From NCBI RefSeq assembly GCF_009914755.1, contig NC_060935.1: DNA of 64,000 nt. One strand, 5' to 3'. A program made the position numbers and the translations under genes. Shown piece after piece: positions 1-12,931 of this stretch. This DNA comes from the human T2T-CHM13v2.0 reference genome, Homo sapiens. How positions within the stretch are numbered: position 1 is the first letter of the stretch; each line of letters starts with the position of its first letter. The notes under the pieces were generated by a model. The model was not told the origin of the DNA, ran no database searches, and saw only the letters and a list, made by a program, of their open reading frames with translations.

Positions 1-353
1 TGGTTTTATAGTTGTTTTGCTGCTGAATTGTACGACTTCCTTATATATTTTGGATGTTAATCTCTTATCAGTTAAATTATTTTTTTGTATTCTATAGGCT
101 TCCATTTTATTTTGTTGAATGTTTCCTTTACTGTACAGAAACATTTTAGTTTCATGTACTTCCAATCATTTATTTTTTATTTTCTCGCCTAGGCTTTTGA
201 TGTCAAATCCAAAAAAAAAAATTGTCAAAAACAATGTTAAGTAGCTTTTCTCCTATGTTTTCTTCTAATTATTTTATAGCTCCATGTCTTATGTTTGAAC
301 CTTTAATCCATTTTCAGATGATTTTGTGTGTGGTATAAGATGGGGACATTATG

Positions 354-387
<34 letters not shown>

Positions 388-770
388 TGTGGATATAGTT
401 TTTCCAGCACCATTTATCGAAGAGACTATCTTTTATCCATTATGTAGTCCTGGCACCTTTGTCAAAAATTAAACATATATGCATGGCTTTACTCTGGACT
501 TTTTTTTATATTCCATTGTCTGCTTTTATGTCAGTGTGATACTGTTTTGATTTCTATCACATTTAAATATAACTTGAAATCAGAAAGTATAGTGCCTTCG
601 ACTGTTATTCTTGTTAAAAATTGCTTTAAGGGGTCAGGTATGTTGTGATTCCATACAAAGTTTAGGATTTTTGTGCGTGTGTGAAAAATACTGTTGGAGC
701 CTGATAAGGATCGCATTGGATCTGTTGGGGTAGTATGGACTTTTTCATAGCGTTGATTCTGTTTTTTCAA
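1..770 (-). mobile_element. Old LINE-1 (L1M-type) ORF2 3' fragment, running off the window start
   Basis: Antisense L1 ORF2 hallmarks (ttttccagcaccatttatcgaagagactatc, ctttaatccattttcag, tgtgattccatacaaagtttaggatt). Highly diverged; contains a T29 run at 356-384. Confidence 0.85.
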
Positions 771-802
771 ATTTCTCTTTTAGTTAAAATATATCTACCT
801 AA

Positions 803-1161
<359 letters not shown>

Positions 1162-1469
1162 ATCTATTTTATTTAATAGAGGTATTAAGGGTACAGCCAG
1201 CAAAGAAAAAGTTTAATAATCTCTGTCCTGTATTCACCTTCCAACCCAACTGCAACACCCACTTAGAGAATTCACAGCATTGACTACCAATTTAACACAG
1301 AGTGAGTATAATTCTACAAGGCAGACACAGAAGGTCATCAGACACTATACAATTATATGGCATAGAAATAGTGGTTTTAATAAAACTTTTGATTTCTGTT
1401 ATGTTTAAAGTAATAATTTAACGAACCATGAATTGTAATGGTTTAGAAAATTATTTTGGGTAGACTTTT

Positions 1470-3440
1470 ATTTCTTCTGGTAAAGATATGACAGGAACTA
1501 AAACAATAACAAACTCTCTTTAAATGTAGACAATCCTGTGAATACATTTTGAAAGACATAAGAGAAGTAAGAAGAAAAAGTTAAGATTTTTAGAGTTAGG
1601 GCATGAACTGCTTCTCCAAGGAAGAGTTGTGATTGTAAGTTTAGTCAAGGGGAAATAACCTGAATTGAGAATGTTCAGTTTATACATATGCACACACACA
1701 CAAATTGATTTTTTGTATACTTTTGTGAACCTTGTTCAACAAATATTATAATGATAAAACTAATACAAACTATAGACTTAAATTTTTTAAAAAAGTATTT
1801 CAGTATGATACAATTATCTTCCAAATAATTACATTATAAAATAGCAAAAATTTTGAGGAGGGCAAGTGGTCAAACTTCTTTCAGATTTTCATTTTTCAAA
1901 TATATATATACAGGAGTTCTCCAACCAAATACTTTGGGTTTAGATATCTAGTGGTATTTGCTGCCATAGATGGAGGCCTTTCACAGGTGATAGAGGAGAT
2001 TATTAAAAATACAAAGTGGAGATGACTTCTGAAATGGTAACGTAACATCCAGATAACATCATCTAGGAGGGCTCCCTAACATTCTACCCAGCCTGGACTT
2101 GTAGGTTGGAAACTATCCCATTTGTGATAGGCTTAGTAGACTACCGAGGCACTGACCACCATAGCCTCACTTAATGCATAAGGCAGAATTGTATGATACA
2201 AGCAAGCTTTAAAAAAAATAGTGCTACCTTACCAGCCTACTGCCTACTTCTAAAGAAGGAGTCATTTTGAGAGATGAACCCCAATCCTAGCTCTGTAGCA
2301 GTGGTGTAGTGTGTTTGCCAAGTTGACAGATTGTGAAAGCAAAGAACTCTGAAACTCTCCACAGTTGTAGAAGAAGCAGCTGCTTTCATTTGAAATAGTG
2401 TAGGAGGAAGGCTACAACTGAGTGCTCTAGGAAACATAAATTGTGGCAATTAATAAAAGGCTGGGGCGGTGGCTCACTTCTGTAATCCCAGCAGTTTGGG
2501 AGGCTGAGGCAGATGGATCACCTGAGGTCAGGAGTTCAAGACCAGCCTGGCCAACATAGTGAAAAAACCCTGTCTCTACTAAAAATACAAACAATTAGTG
2601 GGATGTGGTGGCATGTGCCTGTAATCCCAGCTACTCGGAAGGCTGAGGCACAAGAATCACTTTAACCCTGGGGGCGGAGGTTACAATGAGCTGAGATCAC
2701 ACCACTGCACTCCAGCCTGGATGATAGAGCAAGACTCCAGCTCAAAAAAAAAAAAAAAAAAAAAAAAAAGAGATGGTAGCATAATTTGAGCAGCAAGTTA
2801 AATTGCAAACCAGCTAGAAATTCATCAGAGAACTAAGGAAAATGCATGGCAAAGAGCCTGCTGGAGGTCACAGCAAACCAAAAAGACTGGCATTAAAGAT
2901 TATCCCTTTAAAGGGGCCCAGATTTTATTGGATCAGACTGTAGAGCAATTTATGCCCCAGGGAACTAAAAATATATGATGCAATCAGCTGGCAATTAGCC
3001 AAGGCTAACCTGGGAGTAACAACAACTGAGGCAGACAATTTAACAGAAAGATCAAGAAAGAGACAGTCAAAGAAACAATCACTCAAATAAACTCACTTGC
3101 CATTCCAACGTAACTGTGTAAATACCCAAGTCTGCACTGACTGAAGAATGGCGTTCGAAGAGGAACGTGATGGGGAAAAATAGACTTTGCTAGAATAGTC
3201 CAGCAAAGTTGCTAAATGAATAGAGACACAAATAGTGACATTCATCAGTTCTGGAGGTTGTGGGGGAAAATCAGTATCCAAAGTTGCTATAGTAAATTAT
3301 TTTAAACATCTAGGACTGAAGAAAACATTATGACACATGCAAAGAAACAGAAAAGGGTAACTTATGCAGAAAAAAACGGTAGGCAGCAGAAACTGCCTTT
3401 TGAGAGGGCCCAAATGTCAGGTTTAACAAAGACATTTTCC
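1470..3440 (+). mobile_element. Ancient L1M/L1ME 5' region (upstream of ORF1), interrupted by an Alu
   Basis: gacacatgcaaagaaacagaaaag...gagagggcccaaatgtcaggtttaacaaagac resembles old L1 5'-end consensus. The left boundary is uncertain. Confidence 0.5.
2459..2769 (+). mobile_element. AluS (Sx/Sz-like) full-length SINE
   Basis: ggctggggcggtggctcac...gatcacctgaggtcaggagttc; long pure poly(A) tail. Confidence 0.95.
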
Positions 3441-3673
3441 GTTAAGGAACTGTGATTAGAAAACATTGCTGAATAAGTAAACATTTGATGAATGATTGAA
3501 TGAACAAGTGAGTGAAGCCATCCAACCATGCATTTTGGCCCTTGTTTATGGTGGCTCAAAGAGAATATTCAAGAAAATAACATCTCACAGAATCCAGTGG
3601 TTCTAATTATGTTCTATGAGTGGTTCTACTTAAAGAGTAAACTTTTCTATTTTCATAATTTTCAAGAATTCAC

Positions 3674-3934
3674 GGGCATGCCACGGTGGCTCAGGTCTAT
3701 AATCCCAGCACTTTGGGAGGGTGAGGCAGGCAGTACACTTGAGGCCAGGAGTTCCAGACCAGCCCGGCCAACATGGTGAAACCCTGTTTCTACTGAAAAC
3801 ACAAAATGAGCTGGGCGTGGGGGCACGTGCCTGTAGTCCCAGCTACTCAAGAGACTGAGGCACAAGAATCATTTGAACCCAGGAGGCGAAGGTTGCAGTG
3901 AGTCAAAGTTGCACCATTGCACTCCAGCATGGGC
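3674..3934 (+). mobile_element. Alu (S/J) lacking its 3' end and poly(A) tail
   Basis: Both arms present. Stops at cactccagcatgggc with no gacagagcgagact...A tail. Confidence 0.9.
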
Positions 3935-4179
3935 TAGGAAGAATAACTTTTAATGATATTTTAGGGATTTAAGACTCCTTTTTAATATGATTAAACCAGA
4001 GTTATACCTACATGATATGTTTTAGGTCTTAAATTGTTATAATGTACCTTACATGACATAGCTTTGTTTTTTTTTATTTTTATTTTTTGTTTTGTTTTGT
4101 TTTGTTTTGGCTATCCGAAGTAACATATAAGTGACTTTTATTTATATTACATTTATAAATCTTGTGAAGTTAAAATGTT

Positions 4180-5360
4180 TATATTATTCATTCAAAAATA
4201 GTCAACTTTTACTTTGTGCCGAGGTTGTGCTAGCTACTAAGACTGTAATGGTGCCTATATTTGCCCTCAAGCAACTCAAAGCTTAAGGGAGCAAAATAAT
4301 AACAAAAATGCTTCTACAGTCCATTATTCAAAAGAATGTATATATCTAATTCATTTGATCTTCATAAAATTAACTGAGATAAGTACCATTTACCCCATTA
4401 TATATACATACATACAGCTATATAAGATATATTTTGCACACTAATAAAAGCATAAATATTCATGTTGCAATGTGATATACACTCTAATAGATATAGGTGA
4501 TCTCAGACAGGGCTTGTTAGATTGTGTGAAAAGATACATTGAGTCAGAGTTTGGCAATTATGGAACTAGGGTGGAAAGGGAGGCAGTTACTGGAAAGTAA
4601 AAATGGAACTTACGAGACTATGGAGATGGTTTTCTTCATCATAATCATTCATCGTCATCATCATCATCATCCCTGGCGTTTATTGAGCCCTCCTTCAACA
4701 CATGTCCTGCATATTATTAAGTGCCAGATATTAACTCTTTCACTCCTCACACCAAGCCAAGATATAACTACCTCATTTATCACCATTATACAAATAAGAA
4801 AAGGGATACAAAGAGACATAACCGTAATTTATATAAACTGACTCTCACAGGAGCATGACATATCTAGGAACTGGTTGGAATATTAAAATAATCACAGGAG
4901 ATAATATAAATGTAGTCTTGAGTCAGACAATATGTGTTATGCCAAGAAGTTTAAACTTTGAAAAACATGTCATTGATGACTTCAGGAAGAAGCATTTTAG
5001 GATTTATGTTTTTAAAAGATCATGTACTGAAAAAATGTGAGCAAGAGAGACCAATTAGGAGAAAATTATGAAATTCTAAGGAAGGAAGGGAGTTGAAATA
5101 GTGAGTAGTTATGAAGCTAGAAAAATATATTAAAACCCAATTAAATTTAGCATAGAATTGACAGATGTAATGATCATTTGGATGGCACAGGGTTAAAGGG
5201 AAAGAAAGAGGAATTAATGTGGATTACATAGTTTTACACTTGGACAAATTAGTGATGGGGTCACTATCAGAGATAGAAAATGCAGTGGAGGAACAGGTTT
5301 GATGGAAGTTAATTTTAGTTTTGAAAACGTTGCATTTTAAATATTTGTGGTAGAGGAATA
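4180..5360 (-). mobile_element. L2 fragments with interspersed MIR pieces (about 4320-4400 and 4675-4850)
   Basis: attcattcaaaaa...tgtgccgagg...gccctcaagcaactca (L2 3' end antisense); gagagaccaattaggag; ttttagttttgaaaacgttgcattt. Confidence 0.6.
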
Positions 5361-7229
5361 AAACAAAATTCTAGAGTTGACTAAAGATTTCTTTATTTGA
5401 AAAATTAGGCCAAATCATGACTTTACAAATTGATACTCTTTGGAATGAAGACTCATTTTGCCATGATATGCTCCCATTAAATGTGATTTACCTTTAGTTT
5501 CTATTAAAATTATGTTTATATTGAAAGTAAGCTATCAAGTACCAGTTTTTTCTTTCTGAAGTATGGTTTGGATTTAGATCTCAACTTTGCTCACACACTC
5601 TTACAATTTTGTGAATAGGGCTAGCCTCACCCTACTTTTAAAGATAATAGATGATTAGCAGAATATAAATAGATGAACATTTGATTCATATGTTTTCTGC
5701 TGGGTATAAAGTGGATAATAACATTGTTCATAATCTAATCCATTTTCTTTACATGATTAGTTGTGTTTAATTTTCTCTGTGCAGACAGATTATAAGAGAC
5801 ATTTTAAGTCATATTCTTGTAAAGATAGATAAAGTGTCCATTGGACATATTTCTTTAATTTTCTTTAGAGAGGTGCATCTTTTCCTTTCTCCAATAGACA
5901 TCTACCCACTTTTGAAGTTCTTTCACTTGCTCTTTGCTTCCTGCTCTTAGGGAACCCTAGTGTTACTAACAAATGTTTAGCAAACAAGCAGTTACAGCAT
6001 CTTTGTGAAGAATCCACAGGAAACAAATGTCCATGCCAACTCTTATGTAGAATTTCACAATAAACATTTAGAGAGAAGATCTTCTTCAGTAGCTATTTCT
6101 CCCTCTCTAACTTCCTAAAACCAAAAAACAGCTACTGGATAGTGAATCTACTTGCATTGCTGGTAGTGTTTTCCTGTTCTACAGACTCTAAGAACAAATG
6201 AAATTTCAGATACTTGGTAAAGGGGTGAATTCTATCTGACATAGAGGTGATGCTTTTATATTTGACCAGGAAATGATGTTAAAACATAAACAGATTGTTC
6301 TTGTGAATGCAGGTGTGTGTGTGGATGTGCATGGGTGCACACACACACTCTCATGCACACACTTCTTTCTCTCTTTCTTTTCCTAATCTATTTAAAACTA
6401 TCATAGGTAAGTTTAAAACCATAAAATAAAAAATGACATAGGGTAAAACAAAATAATGAGCATATGTAGTTAAATTTTAAAAGTCACTACATTTAACTTT
6501 TTTTTAATTTCAGCTTGGAATGTAGGAAAATTTTGTAATTAATAAGTCCCAGTTCAGATTCTTCTGGAAGAAATAAGACCTGGGCATGTTGAATTGGAAA
6601 AGTATGTGGGAGAAAGCAACAAAAGATTAGAATTAGCTGAATCTACATTTCCTTGAAAAAAAATTCAAATATAGAAAATGTGATGATGAACAATAAGTAC
6701 TAGTGACTTAAAATTTTGAGAGATAACATGAAGTTATTATTTTTTAAAAAGGAAGGAATGAAAGAGACATTAAAAGAGGATAATGCTCAGTCACTGGACT
6801 ATCATTCAGAAAATATTTCTTATTCTGCCAGAATAACTAGCTGTATATTAAATCTTTCAAAAATGCCCTCTCTGCATATGCGAAATATCTGTGCATCTTA
6901 AATATCCAATGAAAACATTTTATCAGTGAATTTAGAGATGATCCTAATCTACTAGGCACAGTTAACTGCCAACTCTTTGGTGTGTGTTCTATTTACATTT
7001 GTGGTAGGTTTCCATCAGCTGTGTTTATGAGCTTGTTTCTCTTGCTACTCTAAACTCATTCATTGTCCAGTACCATAGCACTTGTCGTATGATTGACTTA
7101 ATAAATCATAATAGATGCTTGGTGAGTAGATTTTTGAATGGATTCTACCTTTAAAACCTCTTTCTTTAAAAATAGCTAATATACAGCTGTCTAAAAACAA
7201 AAATGAAGGAATTATATTTGAATCCTCGT

Positions 7230-7950
7230 TCTTCCTACCATCCAGTCCATTCCATTTTTGGTAAGTCTTCTCTATTCTAGAAAACATATTGTTAATCAAC
7301 TTCTTTGTATCTCTGCTCTCTCTCCTACTATGATTCAAACTATAACCATCTTTTTCTGAACTTGTGTTACTTTAACTGATGCTCCTACTTTCACTCTTGA
7401 GCCACGTATAATCTTCACACATTTTGAAATATTCAATTTATATCATTTCATTTAACCCCCTAAAAAAGAATTTGAAAAGCCTTTTATTATCACTAGTAGT
7501 AAAATGTACATTTCTACGTCTGGAAAATAGGGCTCTGCATATTCAGTACGGCTTATCACTCAGATGTTGCTTTTTACCAATTTCTTCTGTGTTCTCTCTA
7601 TTATAGCCACAGTGACCTTTCTATGTTCAAATGCGTAAAAATTATTCCTGATTTAGATCTTTGTACTGCATTTTCCCTCTCTTGGGAAAACTTTTCCTCG
7701 AGAAGGGACACATAGCTCAATCTTCTGTGTTTTCAGGAAGCCATTACCTGACCCACCTTAAAGTAGATTATCTTCCTGTTCCTGTCCATTACTATCTTTT
7801 GCTTTCTTTACCTTTGTACACATTATTATTTAAAATCACCTTGTTAATTTGATTACTTCTTTATAATTTCTATCTCAACCTCATAGACTTTATCTGCCTC
7901 ATGCATATTTCTATCACAAGCATCCAGAACAGTGTTAATGGAATATAATC
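7230..7950 (+). mobile_element. L2 (L2a-like) fragment
   Basis: Pyrimidine-rich L2 sense motifs (tgatgctcctactttcactcttg, tagccacagtgacctttcta, tatcacaagcatccagaacagtg). Confidence 0.6.
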
Positions 7951-9459
7951 TAACTAGAGATTTATGTGTTAAACCTCTTCCAGGTTCAAGAATTAAAGTT
8001 TACTGCCTGTCATTAAGAAAAAAGGTTGAAATTTCAATTTTGAAATCACAGGTAATTTTGTTATTGATTTTAAAACATATTTTATGGATTTAGTTATTCA
8101 ATTAAATCTTATTTTTAATTTTGAGGTAATTGTAAATATACATATATGCAGAAGTAATACAGAGAAATTCCATGTACCTTCACCCAGTTTCTCTAATAAT
8201 GACATTTCATAAAACTATAGTATCACAAGGATGTTAACACTGAGACCATCGAGATACAGAACAGTTTCATCATCACAGTGATCCTTTTTGCTTTTTTATA
8301 GCCATACCACTTACCTTACCTATGAATGCCAGTTCTTGATCCCTGGCAACCTCTAATCTCTTCTCCATGCCTACATTTTGGTCTTTTAAATAATGCTTTA
8401 TAAATACAATAATATAGTATGTAAGCTTTTGAATTTGACCTTTTATTTTATCCAGTGTAATTCTCTGGAGACTCATCCAAATTGTTGCTTGAATCATAGC
8501 TTTTTCTTTTTATTGCTGAGAATTTGGATGTACCAGTTTGTTTAACCATTCATCTGTTGAAAGATATATGTTTTCTTACCCAGTTTTGGAGTTATTACCA
8601 ATACAAATGCTATGAATATTTCTGAACAAGTTTCTATGTGAACATAAGTTTTCACTTATTTGGGATAGATGCCCAGGAATATGTAATTGTTGGTTGTACA
8701 GTAGTAGCATGTTTAGTTTCAGCAGAATTTTCAAACAGTTTCCAGAGCAGTTGTAATATTTTACCTTTCCATCAACAATGTATTTGTGACCCAGCTTCTG
8801 CACATCTTTGCCATTTTGGTTTTATATATGTCTCATATATATATATTATATATATAATATTTCAGTCATTCTGATGTATAGTGATACCTCATTATGCTTT
8901 GAATTTGCATTTCCCTGATGGATAATGATGAACATTTTGTCATGTGCTTAACTGCCATCTGTATATCTTCACTAGTGAAGTGTCTTTTTGGGTCTTTCTT
9001 CTGTGCATTTCCTAGTTTGGTTGCCTTTTTTTTTTCTTTTATTGTGGTGTTTTGAGAGCTCTTTATATACTCTTGGTACAAGTCCTTTGTGGCATATGTG
9101 GTTGGCAAATATTTTATACCAGTATATAGTTTCACCCTTATATACCAGTATATAATTTTCACCCCACTTCACTCCTTTAACAGGGTCTTTCGCAGAGGCA
9201 AAATTTTCAATATTTATGAAAGAGAACTTACCATTTTTTTTCTTTTATGGATAATAGTTTTGATGCCAATTCTCTGCGTAGCCATAGATCCAGAAGATTT
9301 CACCCCACCTTTTCCCCTATGTTTTCGTTTGTTTATCCCAGAAACTGTATTGTTTTACATGTTACACTTAACGCTGTGACCCATTGTGAGTTAATTTTTG
9401 AGTAAAGTATGGGCTTTAAGTCGACAATTTTTAATGTTTTTTTGTTGTTTGGTGGTATT

Positions 9460-9479
9460 GTGTGTGTGTGGTATTTGGC

Positions 9480-9510
<31 letters not shown>
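9460..9510. repeat. (TG)n microsatellite
   Basis: Directly visible. Confidence 0.95.
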
Positions 9511-9515
<5 letters not shown>

Positions 9516-10547
9516 TAATGTTTTGACCATGGATGTTCAATTCCCTCAACACCATTTCTTGAAAAGACTACCTTTCCACCATAGAAATTAATTTTCACCT
9601 TTGTCAAAATGCAGTTGGACATATTTGTTTTTGTCTGTTTCTGAGTTGTCAGTGGTGTTGCACAGATCGATGTGTCTGTACTTCCACTAATACCACACAT
9701 TATTTATTACGTAGCTGTATATTAAGTCTGGAAATCTGGTAGACTGATACCTCTGACCTTATTCTTCTTTTCAATATCATTTGTTCTGGTTTACATCTCC
9801 TGCCTTTCCATATGCAGGTCTACCTCTATAAAAATGTTCCTAAGATTTTGATAGGAATTTTGTTAAATCTGTATATCAAGTTGGAGAGAACTGCAATCTT
9901 TGGTTGAGGTTTGTTTTATGGCACACAGCATGGTAAATCTTGGTATATACTCCATAGGCACTTGAAAAGAATGTATTCGGCTTTTGTTAGGTAAAATGTC
10001 GTATAAACATTGATTAGTTCCTGTTGGTTGACGGCATGAACTATTTTATATTCTTGTAAATTTTCTGTGTACTAATTCTATCGCTTGTTAAAACAGAGGT
10101 AGTAGATGTTTCATCATATGCTCAGGTGTTCCTGATGTTCATGGTGAGGCTATGCTATTTTTTCATTCTATTTTCTTTATGTTGTTTAGATTGGATAATT
10201 TCTATCAATCTTCATGTTCACTGATTTTTTTTTTCCCTCTGTACTTTCTATTCTGCATGAGCCTATTTGTTGAGTTTTTAACTTTGTTTTTTCTGTATTT
10301 TTAGTTAAAAAAATCCAATTTTGCCTTATTTTTCACCTGATTTGTGGCTACCTCCTCTCTTTTCATTTGTTTAGAGTGTGTTCATCGTTATTCATTGAAG
10401 CATTTTAGTGATGACTTCTTTAAAATCTTTGTGAGATATTTCTAACATCTGTTATCTTCATGTTGGCATTAATTCTCTTTTTGATTCAGTTGAGATTTCA
10501 GTGATTCTTAGTACGATAGTGATTTGGTATTAAAACTTGGATAGTTG

Positions 10548-10887
10548 GGCCGGGGGCCGTGGCTCATGCCTGTAATCCTAGCACTTTGGGAAGCCAAGGC
10601 GGGCAGATTGCCTGAGCTCAGGAGTTTGAGACCAGCCTGGGCAACACAGTGAAACCTCATCTCTATTAAAATACAAAAAATTAGCTGGGCATAGTGGAGG
10701 GCACCTGTAGTCCCAGCTACTTGGGAGGCTGAGGCAGGGTAATCTCTTGAACCTCGGAGGTGGAGGTTGCAGTGCAGTGAGCAGAGATTGCACCACTACA
10801 CTCCAGCCTAGGTGACAGAGTAAGACTCTGCCTCCAAAAATAATAATAATAATAACAATAATAAATTAATTAATTAATTAAATAAAA
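10548..10887 (+). mobile_element. AluS full-length SINE with (AAT)n-type tail, inserted in L1MC
   Basis: ggccgggggccgtggctcatgcctgtaatcc...gactctgcctccaaaaaataataataat. Confidence 0.95.
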
Positions 10888-12016
10888 CACCTGGATCCTG
10901 GATATTTGGGGTATTATGTTATGAAACTCTTGTCTTATTTAAACCATCTGTTTTAACTGCCTTCCTCTGATACTACTCTGGCAGGGTAAGAGAAAATGCC
11001 TTATTACTACTGCCAGATAGTGGAAGAGATACCAGTTTCCCAGCAGACCTCCACTGACACCCTGTGGAAAAAAGGGAACTCCTCATTATTGCTGGGCATG
11101 TGTGAGGGTTTTCACTATCAATGTGGCCTACACTGATACCACTCAGGGGATGGGGGAATGTAGCCTTTTAACCTCTGGGCAGTGATGAAAGTCCCGAATC
11201 TCCACTAGGCCACATGTGGAAGCAACACAGCCAAGAATAGGAAAAATGTTTCATTACTGCTGGATATGATGTAAGTCCAGGCTCCCCAGAAGGTCTTCAC
11301 TAACACCTTGAGGAGAGGTTATCAGCTCCCATAGGGGTGAAAGTCCCAACTCCCTACTTAGCCTTCTCTTATATTACCATATTTCCAGTCTAGGGTGCCT
11401 CATGAGAGTGGAGGTCAGACTGCCTACTGGGCCTTTGTTGGCATGAGTTGGAGTGGAGCCACCATTTTTTATTTGCTGTGCTTGACTAGAGTAGAGAGGT
11501 GGTTGCCTATGTTTTTGGCATTGCTAGGCTTTCCTCTTGTTTCTAATCCTTTGATAAGAGACAACATGCTTCTGTTGGAGCTTCTACTTGTCTATATATT
11601 ACAAGTTTCTAAGTTGTATCTTCTTCAATTCCAAGTCTGAGATGCATGAGACAAAAAGAAAGCTTAAACAATTACGCAGCATTTACTTCCTTGAGTTCTA
11701 GATTCATCAGTCGGTCTGCTTTCCTCCCTTCACCTTTCAGAGTTTTGTGTTTGTTTTATATATAATGGCCAGGGCTTTTAGTTGTATTTACTGGGAGAAA
11801 CAGGGACAAGGACCTCTATTCCAATGTTTTGGAAACGGAATACGCCTAATTTTATACCACTGATTATTGAGCATCCTTGGGTTATTTATGCAATTTTTCA
11901 TTTATAAAATGAAAATTTCTCTGTGAAACTTGCCATCATGCTTCAGCTAGAAGTTTTCATTATATTACTGAAAAATTCTTATGTATTTATTTTTGTAATT
12001 CTAACCACTTAGCATT

Positions 12017-12052
<36 letters not shown>

Positions 12053-12343
12053 TTTGAGATAGGTCTTGCTTTTTTACCCAAGTTGCAGTGCAATGGCATG
12101 ATCGTAGCTCACTGTAACCTCAAACTCCTGGGCTCAGGCTATCCCCCTGCTTCAGCTTCCTGAGTAGCTGAGACTACAGATGTGCACCGCCATGCCTGGC
12201 TAATTATTTTTCTTTATTTCTTGTAGAGACAGTATCTTGCTATGTTGTCCAAGCTGGTCTCAAACTCCTGGCTTCACGCAATCCTCCAGTCTCAGCCTCC
12301 CAAAATACTGGGATTATGGGTGTATGTCACCCTGCCAGAGGCC
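12017..12343 (-). mobile_element. AluJ full-length SINE with (TTTA)n tail
   Basis: AluJ-type gatcgtagctcactgtaacctcaaactcctgggctc. TSD acttagcatt at 12007-12016 and 12345-12354. Confidence 0.93.
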
Positions 12344-12607
12344 AACTTAGCATTTTAAATCAGATTTCTTTTACATACATTTGTAGCATCTGCTGTACTA
12401 GACTCCCAAATCCTTTAGAAAGGAGACCAGAATTTTCTTATCCTTAAAATACCTATCCCAGTGCCTTATACTTGAAAGACACTGGCACATTTTTTTTAAA
12501 TAACTCAGTTATTTGGGCTTCCTGACATTTAATCTCATGAAAAGAATGCTAGAGCTTTTTAGACCACATTATAGGAAAAAGTAGTAGTATAAAAATTATA
12601 GTTAGTA

Positions 12608-12931
12608 CAGTTATCCCTCAGTATTTATGTGTGATTGGTTCCAGTACCTTCCACAGAAACCAATATCAGAGGATGCTCAAGTCCCTGATATAAAATCCTA
12701 TAGTATTTGCATATATCTATGTATATGATCTTGTATACTTTAAATCATCCCTAGATTACATAATACCTAATACAGTGTAAATATTTGTTATACTGCATTG
12801 TTTAGGGAATAATGATAAGAAAAAAAGTCTATACGTGTTCAGTACAGATGCAATTTTTTAAAATGCATTTTTTTAATCCTCTTCTAGTTGGATCCATGGG
12901 TATAGAACCTGCAGATAAGGAAGGCCAACTG
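12608..12931. mobile_element. MER2 (TcMar-Tigger family) non-autonomous DNA transposon
   Basis: Imperfect terminal inverted repeats cagttatccctcagtat / gataaggaaggccaactg, TA on both flanks, internal ggatgctcaagtccctgatataaaat. Confidence 0.9.

Larger units (their letters stand above)
8110..11850 (-). mobile_element. L1MC/L1MD-type LINE-1 with 3'UTR, partial ORF2, partial ORF1 and 5' region; internally deleted; interrupted by an Alu
   Basis: 3'UTR aatacagagaaattccatgtaccttcacccagttt. ORF-track peptides resemble the L1 ORF2 C-terminus (KRHFTSEDIQMA..HM..CS.SL.IREMQI). 5'-region motif ctccactgacacc. Confidence 0.8.

Noticed and set aside
4539-4841. 100-aa ORF with a poly-His run
   Set aside because: The His run comes from a (CAT)n microsatellite between L2 and MIR fragments; no coding signature.
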